Origin: an uncultured Methylomirabilota bacterium
GTDB lineage: Bacteria > Methylomirabilota > Methylomirabilia > Methylomirabilales > 2-02-FULL-66-22
Length of the DNA stretch: 64,000 bases
Assembly: GCA_963842855.1 (NCBI GenBank)
Contig: CAWJHW010000002.1
Coordinates: 203,187 to 267,186 of the forward strand
Reading direction: 5' to 3'
Part shown: positions 25,538-33,654 of the stretch, piece after piece
How positions within the stretch are numbered: the stretch's first letter is position 1
Layout: every line of letters starts with the position of its first letter
Notes under the pieces: generated by a model
Database searches by the model: none
Told to the model about the DNA's origin: nothing
The model's input: the letters and a program-made list of their open reading frames with translations, nothing else
Position numbers and translations under genes: made by a program

Positions 25538-25618
25538 GGCAATTTGGCAACCCGGCAATTCGGCAATCTGGCAGTTCCCAGTTGCCAAGCTGCCCGATTG
25601 CCTGATTGCCGAATCGCC
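25538..25618. repeat. tandem-word hairpin element, archetype (5 x GGCAAnnn then 5 x nnnTTGCC)
   Basis: ggcaattt ggcaaccc ggcaattc ggcaatct ggcagttc / ccagttgcc aagctgcc cgattgcc tgattgcc gaatcgcc. Confidence 0.9.
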
Positions 25619-25694
25619 CGAACCTAGCACAGCCGCCCCTTTCCCTCAAGCGCCCGGATTCCCCCGCAGCACGTCAAACGGGCGGGGAATCGTC

Positions 25695-25724
25695 TTGACA
25701 CGTCGCGCGACGCTTGGGTATAGT
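25695..25724 (+). promoter_or_regulatory. sigma70-type promoter of the aminotransferase-serA unit
   Basis: TTGACA (25695-25700), 18-nt spacer, TATAGT (25719-25724). Confidence 0.5.
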
Positions 25725-25852
25725 GCCGTCCGGCCGTTCGCCGCCATGCCACGAAGGCCATCCCGGTTCGCTTCGCGTCCGGGTTTTCCGACGATAGTAC
25801 TCCGCACTCCACGCTTTTCTCATCGCAGCACCCAGGAGGGGGATACGCTGTC

Positions 25853-26980
25853 ATGAAGCGCTACCTGCTCGCCCCGGGCCCCACCCCGATTCCGCCTGAA
25901 GTCCTGCAGGTCATGGCTCAGCCCATCATTCACCACCGGACACCGGAGTACGAGGCCCTCTTTGCCGACGTCCGCCGGGACCTCCGTCTTCTCTTCCAGT
26001 GCAAGAACGAGGTCCTGATGTTCGCCGCCTCGGGGACCGGGGCCATGGAGGGGGCCGTGGTGAACATTCTCTCCCCCGGCGACCAGGTCCTCGTCGTCCG
26101 CGGGGGCAAGTTCGGCGAGCGCTGGGCCGAGGTCTGCGAGGCCTACGGGGTGCGCGTCCTGCCCGTGGACGTGCCTTACGGCAAGAGCGTGGATCCCGCG
26201 GCCGTCGCCTACGCCCTGAAGAGCCAACCGGCCGTCAAAGCCGTCTTCGCCACCCACAGCGAGACCTCCACCGGCGCGGCCCATGACATCCAGGCCGTCG
26301 CCGCCATCGTCCGCGAGAGGGCCGCCATCCTGATCGTGGACGCCGTCACCAGCCTGGGCGTGATGGATCTGCCCATGGACGCCTGGGGCGTGGATATCGT
26401 GGTGGCCGGCTCCCAGAAGGCCCTGATGCTGCCGCCCGGCCTGGCCTTCGCCGCCCTCTCGGACAAAGCCTGGGCCCTGGTGCCGACCGCCCGCCTGCCC
26501 AAGTACTACTTCAACTTCATCGCGGAGCGGAAGGCCATCGAGAAGAATCAGAGCGCCTATACGCCTGCGGTCTCTCTGGTGGTGGGCCTGCGCGAGTCCC
26601 TGCGCCTCATCCTGGCGGAAGGGCTGCCCAATGTCTTCGCCCGGCACGACCGCCTGGCCCGGGCCACCCGCGCCGGCGTCCAGGCCCTGGGACTGGAGCT
26701 GTTCGCCGAGCACCCCGGGTGCGCCTGCACCGCCGTCAAGGCGCCGGCCGGCATCGAGGGCGGCGCTATCGTCAAGGGCTTCCGCCAGCGGGGGATCACC
26801 ATCGCTGGCGGCCAGGGCAGCATGAAGGGGAAGATCTTCCGGATCGCCCATATGGGGTACGTGGATGGCTTCGACGTGTTCACCGCCCTCACGGCCCTGG
26901 AATTCGTTTTGGCCGACCTGGGCTATCCGGTGACATTCGGCGAAGGCATTCGGGCAGCCCAGCAGATCCTGCGGAAATAG
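25853..26980 (+). CDS. class V aminotransferase (serine-glyoxylate / alanine-glyoxylate type; likely the phosphoserine aminotransferase partner of SerA)
   Basis: LL.PGPT.IP..V, HSETSTG and the SQKAL PLP-lysine motif. Lies immediately upstream of serA. Confidence 0.85.
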   Translation: MKRYLLAPGPTPIPPEVLQVMAQPIIHHRTPEYEALFADVRRDLRLLFQCKNEVLMFAASGTGAMEGAVVNILSPGDQVLVVRGGKFGERWAEVCEAYGVRVLPVDVPYGKSVDPAAVAYALKSQPAVKAVFATHSETSTGAAHDIQAVAAIVRERAAILIVDAVTSLGVMDLPMDAWGVDIVVAGSQKALMLPPGLAFAALSDKAWALVPTARLPKYYFNFIAERKAIEKNQSAYTPAVSLVVGLRESLRLILAEGLPNVFARHDRLARATRAGVQALGLELFAEHPGCACTAVKAPAGIEGGAIVKGFRQRGITIAGGQGSMKGKIFRIAHMGYVDGFDVFTALTALEFVLADLGYPVTFGEGIRAAQQILRK

Positions 26981-27019
26981 ATCGGGTCCGCGGCCTGCGG
27001 CCTGACTCGGGGGAACCCC

Positions 27020-28630
27020 ATGACCAATCAATTCGACCTGCCCGTCTGGCGGGCCCGGGTCCTGGTGACCGACAATCTATCCCAGCGGGGCGTGGACCTG
27101 TTGCGCCAGAGTCCCGGCGTCGAGGTCGAGGTCCGGAACAAGCTGTCGCCGGAGGAGTTGAAAGACCTCCTCCGGGACATGGACGCCCTGATCGTGCGGA
27201 GCGCCACGCGGGTCACCGCGGACGTGCTGGCGTCGGCGCCGCGGCTCAAGGTCGTCGGTCGGGCCGGGGTAGGCGTGGACAACGTGGACCGCGAGGCGGC
27301 CACCGCCCGGGGCGTGGTGGTGATGAACACCCCGGGGGGCAACACCATCAGCGCCGCGGAGCACACGCTCTCCATGCTCCTCAGCCTGGCCAAGCACATC
27401 CCCCAAGCCGCCGCCTCCATGAAGGGCGGCAAGTGGGAGAAGAGTAAGTTCCTCAGCGTGGAGGTATCGGGCAAGGTCCTGGGCATCATCGGCCTCGGCC
27501 GCATCGGCACCGAGGTGGCGAAGCGGGCCCGGGCCTTCAACCTGCGGGTCCTCGCCTACGACCCCTTCAGCAGCGCCGAGGCGGCCCAGTCCCTGGGGGT
27601 GGAGCTGGTGGAATTGCCCGACCTGTACCGCCAGTCCGATTTCATCACCATCCACACGCCCCTGACGCCCGAGACGAAGAACCTCATCTGCGCCGCCACC
27701 ATCGGAGAGATGAAGGACGGCGTTCGGATCGTCAACTGCGCCCGCGGCGGCATTGTGAACGAGGCTGACCTGTACGAGGCCCTGCGGAGCGGGAAGGTGG
27801 CGGGCGCGGCCCTGGACGTGTTCGAGAAGGAGCCCATCACGGACAGCCCCTTGCTCTCGCTCCCCAACTTCATCTCGACCCCGCATCTGGGCGCCGCCAG
27901 CGAGGAGGCGCAGGAGGCGGTGGCCGTCGAGATCGCCCAGCAGGTGATCGACTATCTGCAGAAGGGCATCATCCGCAACGCGGTGAACGCGCCCTCGATC
28001 CCGCTGGAGGTGCTGCGCACGCTGCAGCCGTGGCTGACCCTGGCAGAGAAGTTGGGGCGCCTGGCCTCACAGCTTGTCGAGGGGCGCCTGGCGGAGATTC
28101 ACCTGGGGTACCGGGGCGAGATCGCCTCGCTGGACTGCATCCCGCTGACGGTGGCCACGGTCAAGGGGATCCTCGACCCCATCCACGACAGCGTGAACAT
28201 GGTGAACGCCATGGCCATCGCCCGGGGGCGCGGGGTCCGGGTCGTCGAGAGGAAATCCACCGAGGCGACCGACTTCGCCAGCCTGATCACGATCACGCTC
28301 CAGACCGACCGGGCGAGGACCGAAACCGCCGGCACCCTCTTCAGCCGCCAGGACCCCCGCGTGGTGGACATCGACGGGTTCCGGCTGGAAGCCGTCCTGG
28401 ACGGCTACATGCTGGTCTTCTGCAACGTGGACGTGCCGGGGGTCATCGGGCGGATCGGGACCCTCCTCGGCCAGAACCACGTGAACATCGCCGGGATGCA
28501 GCTCGGGCGCGAGAAGCGGGGCGGCCGCGCCGTCTCCATCGTGAACGTGGACGACCCCATCCCGGGTCCGGTGCTGGAGGAGATCCGGCGCATCCCCAAC
28601 ATCGTGTACGCCAAGCTCGTCCGCGTGTAA
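27020..28630 (+). CDS. serA: D-3-phosphoglycerate dehydrogenase (long form with ASB and ACT domains)
   Basis: GIIGLGRIG, NCARGG and TPHLGA motifs, 536 aa, with a C-terminal ACT region. Confidence 0.95.
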   Translation: MTNQFDLPVWRARVLVTDNLSQRGVDLLRQSPGVEVEVRNKLSPEELKDLLRDMDALIVRSATRVTADVLASAPRLKVVGRAGVGVDNVDREAATARGVVVMNTPGGNTISAAEHTLSMLLSLAKHIPQAAASMKGGKWEKSKFLSVEVSGKVLGIIGLGRIGTEVAKRARAFNLRVLAYDPFSSAEAAQSLGVELVELPDLYRQSDFITIHTPLTPETKNLICAATIGEMKDGVRIVNCARGGIVNEADLYEALRSGKVAGAALDVFEKEPITDSPLLSLPNFISTPHLGAASEEAQEAVAVEIAQQVIDYLQKGIIRNAVNAPSIPLEVLRTLQPWLTLAEKLGRLASQLVEGRLAEIHLGYRGEIASLDCIPLTVATVKGILDPIHDSVNMVNAMAIARGRGVRVVERKSTEATDFASLITITLQTDRARTETAGTLFSRQDPRVVDIDGFRLEAVLDGYMLVFCNVDVPGVIGRIGTLLGQNHVNIAGMQLGREKRGGRAVSIVNVDDPIPGPVLEEIRRIPNIVYAKLVRV

Positions 28631-28648
28631 TTCGAAGACGACTATCGC

Positions 28649-28690
28649 CGGGGGCAGGGAGTGTGCTATCCTGCCCCCGCTCGTTTGTGA
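28649..28690 (+). terminator. terminator-like hairpin after serA
   Basis: Stem cgggggcagg/cctgcccccg, followed by ctcgtttgtg (a weak T-tract). Confidence 0.4.
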
Positions 28691-28714
28691 GGCCGTAAGT
28701 TCCGGGTGCAAGCG

Positions 28715-30013
28715 ATGATCCCCCGCACAGCCATTCCGAAGGGCGTCCGCGTGTTCACGCCGGAGGAGACCGCCCAGCGCCGGGCGATCGAGGCGAAGCT
28801 TCTCTCGGTCTTTCAGCGCTGGGGCTTCCGGGAGATCATCACCCCCACCTTCGAGTACCTGGAGGTCTTCGAGGCCCCCACGGGCGAGGATGCCGACGAC
28901 CAGATCTTCAAGTTCGTGGACCGGCAGACCGGGCGCCTGCTGGCCCTGCGGGTGGACATCACCTCCCAGGTGGCCCGGCTGGTGGCCAGCACCATGCGGC
29001 AGGCCCCCCTCCCCCTGCGCCTCGCCTATGCGGCGACCGTGTTCCGCTATCACGAGCCGCGGGCCGGCCGCCAGCGGGAGTTCGAACAGATCGGGGTCGA
29101 GCTGATCGGCCTGGATCTCCCCGAGGCGGACGCCGAGATGATCGCCATGGCCGTGGAGGGATGCCAGGCGGCGGGCCTTCCCGCCTTCCAGATCGACGTG
29201 GGCCAGGTGGAGGTGGTGCGCGGCCTCGTGAACGCGCTCCAGCCTCCGGCGGAATTGCGCCGCCGGCTGATCTCCGCCATCCGGCGCAAGGACGCGCTGG
29301 AACTGGACCTGCTTCTCGCAGAGGTCTCGGCCGACACCGGCCTGCTGGATGCCATCCGGGCGCTCCCGAAACTGTATGGCCGCCGCGAGGTCCTAGACCA
29401 AGCCGAGCGGTTGGCCCTTCCCCCGGCCTCGCGGGCCGCCCTGGCCAATCTGGCCGAGGTGGTGACCATCCTGGAGAACTACGGGCTGGCGGACCAGGTG
29501 ATCCTGGATCTGGCGGAGACCCATGACTTCGAGTATTACAGCGGGGTCGTCTTCGGCGCCTTCGCTCGCGGCTTGGGCTACCAATTGGCCAGCGGCGGCC
29601 GCTACGACCACCTCATCGGGCAATTCGGGTATCCGTGCCCTGCCACCGGCTTCTGCTTCGACCTGGAACGGGTCCTGGCGGCCCTGGCGGCGGCCGAGAC
29701 CCTGCCCCAGGCGTCCGGGCCCGACGTCCTCCTGATCGACTTCAGCCCGGACAAGCAGGCCGCGCACCGCCTGGCCCGCCTGCTGCGGGACCTCGGGTTC
29801 GCGGTCGGTCGCGACATCATCAAGCGGGATCTGGCCGGCTCCCTGGCCTATGCCAGGGCCTCCGCCATCCGGCGGGCCGTTATCCTGGGATCCGCCGACC
29901 AGCCGCCGGAGACCGTGCTCATCCACGATCTGACCACCGAGACGCAGCGCACCCTGCCCCTCGAGACCTTCGTGCGGGCCGTCACCCGGGGGGATTCCCC
30001 ATGGCCAACCTGA
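28715..30013 (+). CDS. hisZ: ATP phosphoribosyltransferase regulatory subunit (HisRS paralogue)
   Basis: P.G.R...P, F.RWGF.EI.TP.FEY, LRVD.T and REF.Q.GVELIG motifs, with no anticodon-binding-type C-terminus. Overlaps purA by 13 nt. Confidence 0.85.
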   Translation: MIPRTAIPKGVRVFTPEETAQRRAIEAKLLSVFQRWGFREIITPTFEYLEVFEAPTGEDADDQIFKFVDRQTGRLLALRVDITSQVARLVASTMRQAPLPLRLAYAATVFRYHEPRAGRQREFEQIGVELIGLDLPEADAEMIAMAVEGCQAAGLPAFQIDVGQVEVVRGLVNALQPPAELRRRLISAIRRKDALELDLLLAEVSADTGLLDAIRALPKLYGRREVLDQAERLALPPASRAALANLAEVVTILENYGLADQVILDLAETHDFEYYSGVVFGAFARGLGYQLASGGRYDHLIGQFGYPCPATGFCFDLERVLAALAAAETLPQASGPDVLLIDFSPDKQAAHRLARLLRDLGFAVGRDIIKRDLAGSLAYARASAIRRAVILGSADQPPETVLIHDLTTETQRTLPLETFVRAVTRGDSPWPT

Positions 30014-31305
30014 TCGTCGTCGGCGCGCAGTGGGGCGACGAGGGCAAAGGCAAGGTCGTCGACATCCTGAGCGAGCGCTTCGACGTCGTCGCCCGGTACC
30101 AGGGAGGCAACAACGCCGGCCACACCGTGGTCGTGGGCGAGGACAAGGTGGTCCTGCACCTGGTGCCCTCCGGCATCCTGCGCAAGGGCAAGATCTGCGT
30201 CCTGGGCAACGGGGTGGTCATCGATCTTGGCGAGCTGATCCACGAGATGGACCAGCTCGAACGGCTGCACGTGCGCTTCGAGGACCACTTCTTCATCAGC
30301 CGGCGGGCCCACCTCGTCCTCCCCTACCACAAGGTGCTGGACGTGGCCAACGAGCAGCGCGCGGCCAAGAAGATCGGGACGACGGGCCGCGGGATCGGCC
30401 CGGCCTACGTGGACAAGATGGCTCGCGTCGGGATCCGCATCGGCGACCTGCACGAGCCGGGCCTGTTCCGGGAGCGCCTCCAGCACAACCTCTTGGAGAA
30501 GCGCGCCCAGTTCCCGGACAACCCCGCCCTGGCGGGGCTGGACCCGGAAACGATCTACATCGAGCACATGAAATACTACGAGCGGATCCGGCACTTCCTG
30601 GTGGATTCGGCCCAGGTCCTCGATCAACTGATCCGGAAGGGGAAGCGCGTCCTCTTCGAGGGCGCCCAGGGCACGCTCCTGGACGTGGACCTGGGGACCT
30701 ATCCCTACGTGACGTCCTCCAGCGCCACGGCCGGCGGCGCCTGCACGGGCACGGGCGTGAGCCCGAAGAAGATCGACGGCATCCTGGGGATCTGCAAGGC
30801 CTACACGACCCGCGTGGGGGAAGGGCCGTTCCCGACGGAACTCGGCGACGCCACCGGTGAGCACCTGCGAACCCGCGGGCAGGAGTTCGGCGCCACCACG
30901 GGCCGGCCCCGCCGGACCGGCTGGTTCGACGCCATCGCCGTCCGCTACGCCGCCCGCGTGAACGGGTTGGACGCCTTGGCACTGATGAAGCTGGACATCC
31001 TGGACGAACTGGATCCCATCCTGGTGTGCACCGGCTACCGCTATCGGGGCGAACTCCTCACCGAGTTTCCCAACGAGACGGACATCCTGACGGAATGCCA
31101 GCCGGCCTACAAACCGCTCCCCGGCTGGCTCCAGAGCACGGTCGGCACGCTCGAGGAAGCGAAATTGCCGCCCGCCTGCCGGGCCTACATCCGCCATCTC
31201 GAGGCCATCGTGGGTGTCCCCATCACTCTCGTCTCCACCGGTCCGCGCCGCGACCAGACCATCGCCCGCCCCAACGCGCAGTGGCAGGCGTGGGGCCTGG
31301 CCTGA
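30001..31305 (+). CDS. purA: adenylosuccinate synthetase
   Basis: VVGAQWGDEGKGKVVD, GGNNAGHTV, GTTGRGIGPAY and GTGPFPTE-type motifs. Confidence 0.97.
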   Translation: MANLIVVGAQWGDEGKGKVVDILSERFDVVARYQGGNNAGHTVVVGEDKVVLHLVPSGILRKGKICVLGNGVVIDLGELIHEMDQLERLHVRFEDHFFISRRAHLVLPYHKVLDVANEQRAAKKIGTTGRGIGPAYVDKMARVGIRIGDLHEPGLFRERLQHNLLEKRAQFPDNPALAGLDPETIYIEHMKYYERIRHFLVDSAQVLDQLIRKGKRVLFEGAQGTLLDVDLGTYPYVTSSSATAGGACTGTGVSPKKIDGILGICKAYTTRVGEGPFPTELGDATGEHLRTRGQEFGATTGRPRRTGWFDAIAVRYAARVNGLDALALMKLDILDELDPILVCTGYRYRGELLTEFPNETDILTECQPAYKPLPGWLQSTVGTLEEAKLPPACRAYIRHLEAIVGVPITLVSTGPRRDQTIARPNAQWQAWGLA

Positions 31306-31311
31306 GCGCCA

Positions 31312-31393
31312 CAATGCGGGGTGCGGAATTCGGAATGCGGAATGCGAGGTCAAGGGAGCCATTGATTCGTCAATCCGCATTTCGCATTCCACA
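31312..31393. repeat. tandem-word hairpin element (GCGGAAT / ATTCCGC words)
   Basis: Left arm caatgcggggtgcggaattcggaatgcggaatgcgagg, right arm aatccgcatttcgcattccaca. It is the last such element before a 25-kb stretch without them. Confidence 0.8.
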
Positions 31394-31496
31394 GTCATCG
31401 CTCGGGTTACGGGTTGCGCTTTGACTCGATGGGGGCTAGGAAGTATAATCCGCCCGTCGCCTTTCGCCTCGCGCCTCCCACCTCACGGTTCTAGGA

Positions 31497-31537
31497 GACC
31501 CCGTAGCTCAACAGGCAAAGTATCGGCCTTTTGAGCC
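31497..31537 (+). pseudogene. 5' half of a tRNA-Lys(UUU) gene (acceptor to anticodon stem), truncated
   Basis: 36/41 identical to the 5' half of the intact tRNA-Lys at 34526. Similarity stops right after the anticodon loop. Confidence 0.6.
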
Positions 31538-31555
31538 CCACCACGAAACAGAACG

Positions 31556-31596
31556 CCTCGGTAAGTAGCGAATTTGCCGAGGGGTTTTTGCTTTTA
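31556..31596 (+). terminator. rho-independent terminator-like hairpin at the island edge
   Basis: Stem cctcgg...ccgagg, followed by ggtttttgctttt. Confidence 0.5.
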
Positions 31597-31640
31597 ATTT
31601 CGCCTGACATGGAGTAGTTTTGGGTCGTTTCCAGACGCTC

Positions 31641-31666
31641 GCGGGCATATTCTCGGGCATATCTCG
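31641..31666 (+). promoter_or_regulatory. tandem 12-13 nt direct repeat upstream of the AbiJ-like gene (possible operator)
   Basis: cgggcatattct cgggcatatctc, 15 nt upstream of the GTG start. Confidence 0.3.
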
Positions 31667-31680
31667 GAGAGGACAGCGCA

Positions 31681-32457
31681 GTGGAGAAATTTCACGAACG
31701 GTTCGGAATCGAGGTAGGAGTCGAAGAGGCGAGACGACGGTTTTTCAATCGAGCCTACAATCAGGTGTTTGACCACATTGATACGTGGTCTGAGGATAAT
31801 GAGAAGATCAAACGCGAGATAGCCACGGGCCTGGGAGAGAAATACACCCCGGGGTTTACGGTTGACTATTATCTGAAGAATGATTTCCATAGAGCATTAC
31901 TAGCTCTTGAGTGCTTCTATTGGGCCGTAGACGACTTTGTTCGTAGCAGCCTAGATGAGACAATCCCTGGGCTTCTCGCCGAGTCTGAGGTGGACCTTGG
32001 CATCCGATGGGAGAATGGACGTTTTATACCTGCCGGGGCAGAAATACTCGATGAGCGGCTGGTTAACGATCAACTCCGGTGGTTGAGCAAGAGCGGATAC
32101 GAAAGTGTCCTTCAGCCCTTCCAGAAAGGCCTTGAGCATTTGGTCCACGCCACGAAGCGACCGGAATTATTGGCTGACGTTATCACCGATATGTATGAGG
32201 CCCTTGAGGCACTGGCCAAGATCATCACCGGACGCCCGGACAGGGACCTGTCGGCAAACAGGGAACTGTTCATCACCAAGGTGAAGGTTTCGGAGGCGTA
32301 CAAAAAACTGCTCCGTGAATACGTCGACTACGCAAACCAGTTCCGTCACGGAGCGATAGAAGGCAAGCCGAAGCCGGCACTCTCCGAACGTGAAGTCGAA
32401 TCCTTCATATACCTGACAGGATTATTCATCAGGTTGGCGATGGATGTAGAGAAGTAG
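31681..32457 (+). CDS. AbiJ-like protein with a C-terminal HEPN-type domain (predicted abortive-infection RNase)
   Basis: The C-terminal pattern E.LEALAKIITG...(30 aa)...YANQFRHGA....L...E..F.. matches my memory of the AbiJ-NTD4/HEPN family. Lower-GC gene; GTG start with a GGAGAGGA RBS. Confidence 0.5.
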   Translation: MEKFHERFGIEVGVEEARRRFFNRAYNQVFDHIDTWSEDNEKIKREIATGLGEKYTPGFTVDYYLKNDFHRALLALECFYWAVDDFVRSSLDETIPGLLAESEVDLGIRWENGRFIPAGAEILDERLVNDQLRWLSKSGYESVLQPFQKGLEHLVHATKRPELLADVITDMYEALEALAKIITGRPDRDLSANRELFITKVKVSEAYKKLLREYVDYANQFRHGAIEGKPKPALSEREVESFIYLTGLFIRLAMDVEK

Positions 32458-32475
32458 TAACTTCTACGGGTGGGC

Positions 32476-32580
32476 ATGGCCATGCCGTGGTGGTATCCGA
32501 TTGTCCGCGACCTCATTATCGCACTTCTTGGTGCAGGGTTTATCGGACTCTCATTCAAACAGGTGAACTTTTTGGAGTAG
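32476..32580 (+). CDS. possible 34-aa single-TM peptide
   Basis: MAMPWWYPIVRDLIIALLGAGFIGLSFKQVNFLE. Below the ORF-track cutoff and without a clear RBS. Confidence 0.15.
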   Translation: MAMPWWYPIVRDLIIALLGAGFIGLSFKQVNFLE

Positions 32581-33125
32581 CAGGTTCGTGTTCTGAAAGA
32601 CAGTGGCAGGCTCTCCTGACTGGAGCGGACGCCCTGAAGGCACACACAGATCAATTCCTGGGGCTTTTTGATCGTTTGGCTCCTGACAAACTCGTAACAG
32701 GTATCGGACTCCTGTTCGAGGCTAAGTGCGTGACTTACCGGCGTGGCCCAAGCAATTCTTCGTGGGGGAGCCTGGCCTTCGTGGCGCCCCATGTCCCCCG
32801 CCGCCGAGCTTGGCCCAGAAGTGGAACCGCGCCCTCGCGGAATCAAGATGTTAGACCATAAATGGAGTCCGGTACCGTTTTCGCAAGCTGCATCGTCCGC
32901 GCCGTCATGGGGCCCTATAAGCCGAGAGCGGAGGACATGATGTGCGCGCAGCGCCGGGCCATTCTACAGTGAGCATTCTCAAGTTAGAACACGTCACCGG
33001 GTCGGGCCTGCTCCCGAGGTTCGAGAACGAGGGCCTCAAGCGGGCCGTGGCGTCGGAGTTGTGGCCGAGGAATTGACCTGAGATGGGGGCAGACAATTCG
33101 CGAAGGGCGAAGGTAGGGTGAGACC

Positions 33126-33311
33126 ATGAAGCCTGCAGCGCGGATCGCCACGATCTTTCTCGCTCTGGTGGCACTCGGCCACCTCCTCCGCCTGGCGTTC
33201 CAGGTGGAAGTGGTCACAGGTGGTGTGGTTGTACCCCTGTGGGCCAGCGCTCTGGCGTGCATCGTCACAGGCGGGCTGGCCGTACTACTGTGGCGCGAGA
33301 GCAGGCAGTAA
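33126..33311 (+). CDS. small two-TM membrane protein
   Basis: 61 aa with two hydrophobic helices. GGTAGGGTGAG lies upstream. Confidence 0.4.
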   Translation: MKPAARIATIFLALVALGHLLRLAFQVEVVTGGVVVPLWASALACIVTGGLAVLLWRESRQ

Positions 33312-33654
33312 GGTTGGCTGCGCCCCTCCGCCCAACTCGTCGGTGACGTCTGGGCCGCGATGTTTGTGGCGGACGACGTGCCTGCGCCCGAGCCGGGTAC
33401 GCTGAAGAGGCTGACGTCCTTTGGGGCGACGGCTGTAAATGGGGGACAGTCATTGCAATTATGATTTTCTGTCGTCCCTGGTGTTCGGCACCTTTTTCCT
33501 GACGCAATGCCGACTAGGTTGGCGCGGCGCGGGCTGCTGACGCGGGGCTGAGGTGGCCCGGGTCTGGTGCAACCAGGTCGAAGCGTGGATGCGCTTGACC
33601 AATCGAACATTTCGAGCTACGGTCCCCACTTGCGAAGAGGAGATGTGATCCGCG

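Noticed and set aside
25538-25618. Sigma-54 promoter (TGGCAC-N5-TTGC) within the GGCAA/TTGCC word hairpins, and CRISPR-like arrays.
   Set aside because: GG-to-GC spacing at the arm junction is 12 nt, not 10, and no enhancer-binding-protein context is present. The repeats have a 7-8 nt period with no spacers and no cas genes, so they are not CRISPR arrays.
25762-25790. Attenuator hairpin (cccgg...ccggg plus tttt) in the 5' UTR of the aminotransferase-serA unit.
   Set aside because: It has only a 5-bp stem with a 12-nt loop, which is too weak to call without conservation or experimental data.
32458-33125. ORFs 32487-32861(+) and 32346-32846(-) between the AbiJ-like gene and the small membrane protein.
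   Set aside because: Their composition and translations look non-coding or decayed. Only short fragments are protein-like (a TM peptide and an ABC-ATPase-like SILKLEHVTGSG). The interval is treated as degraded island DNA.
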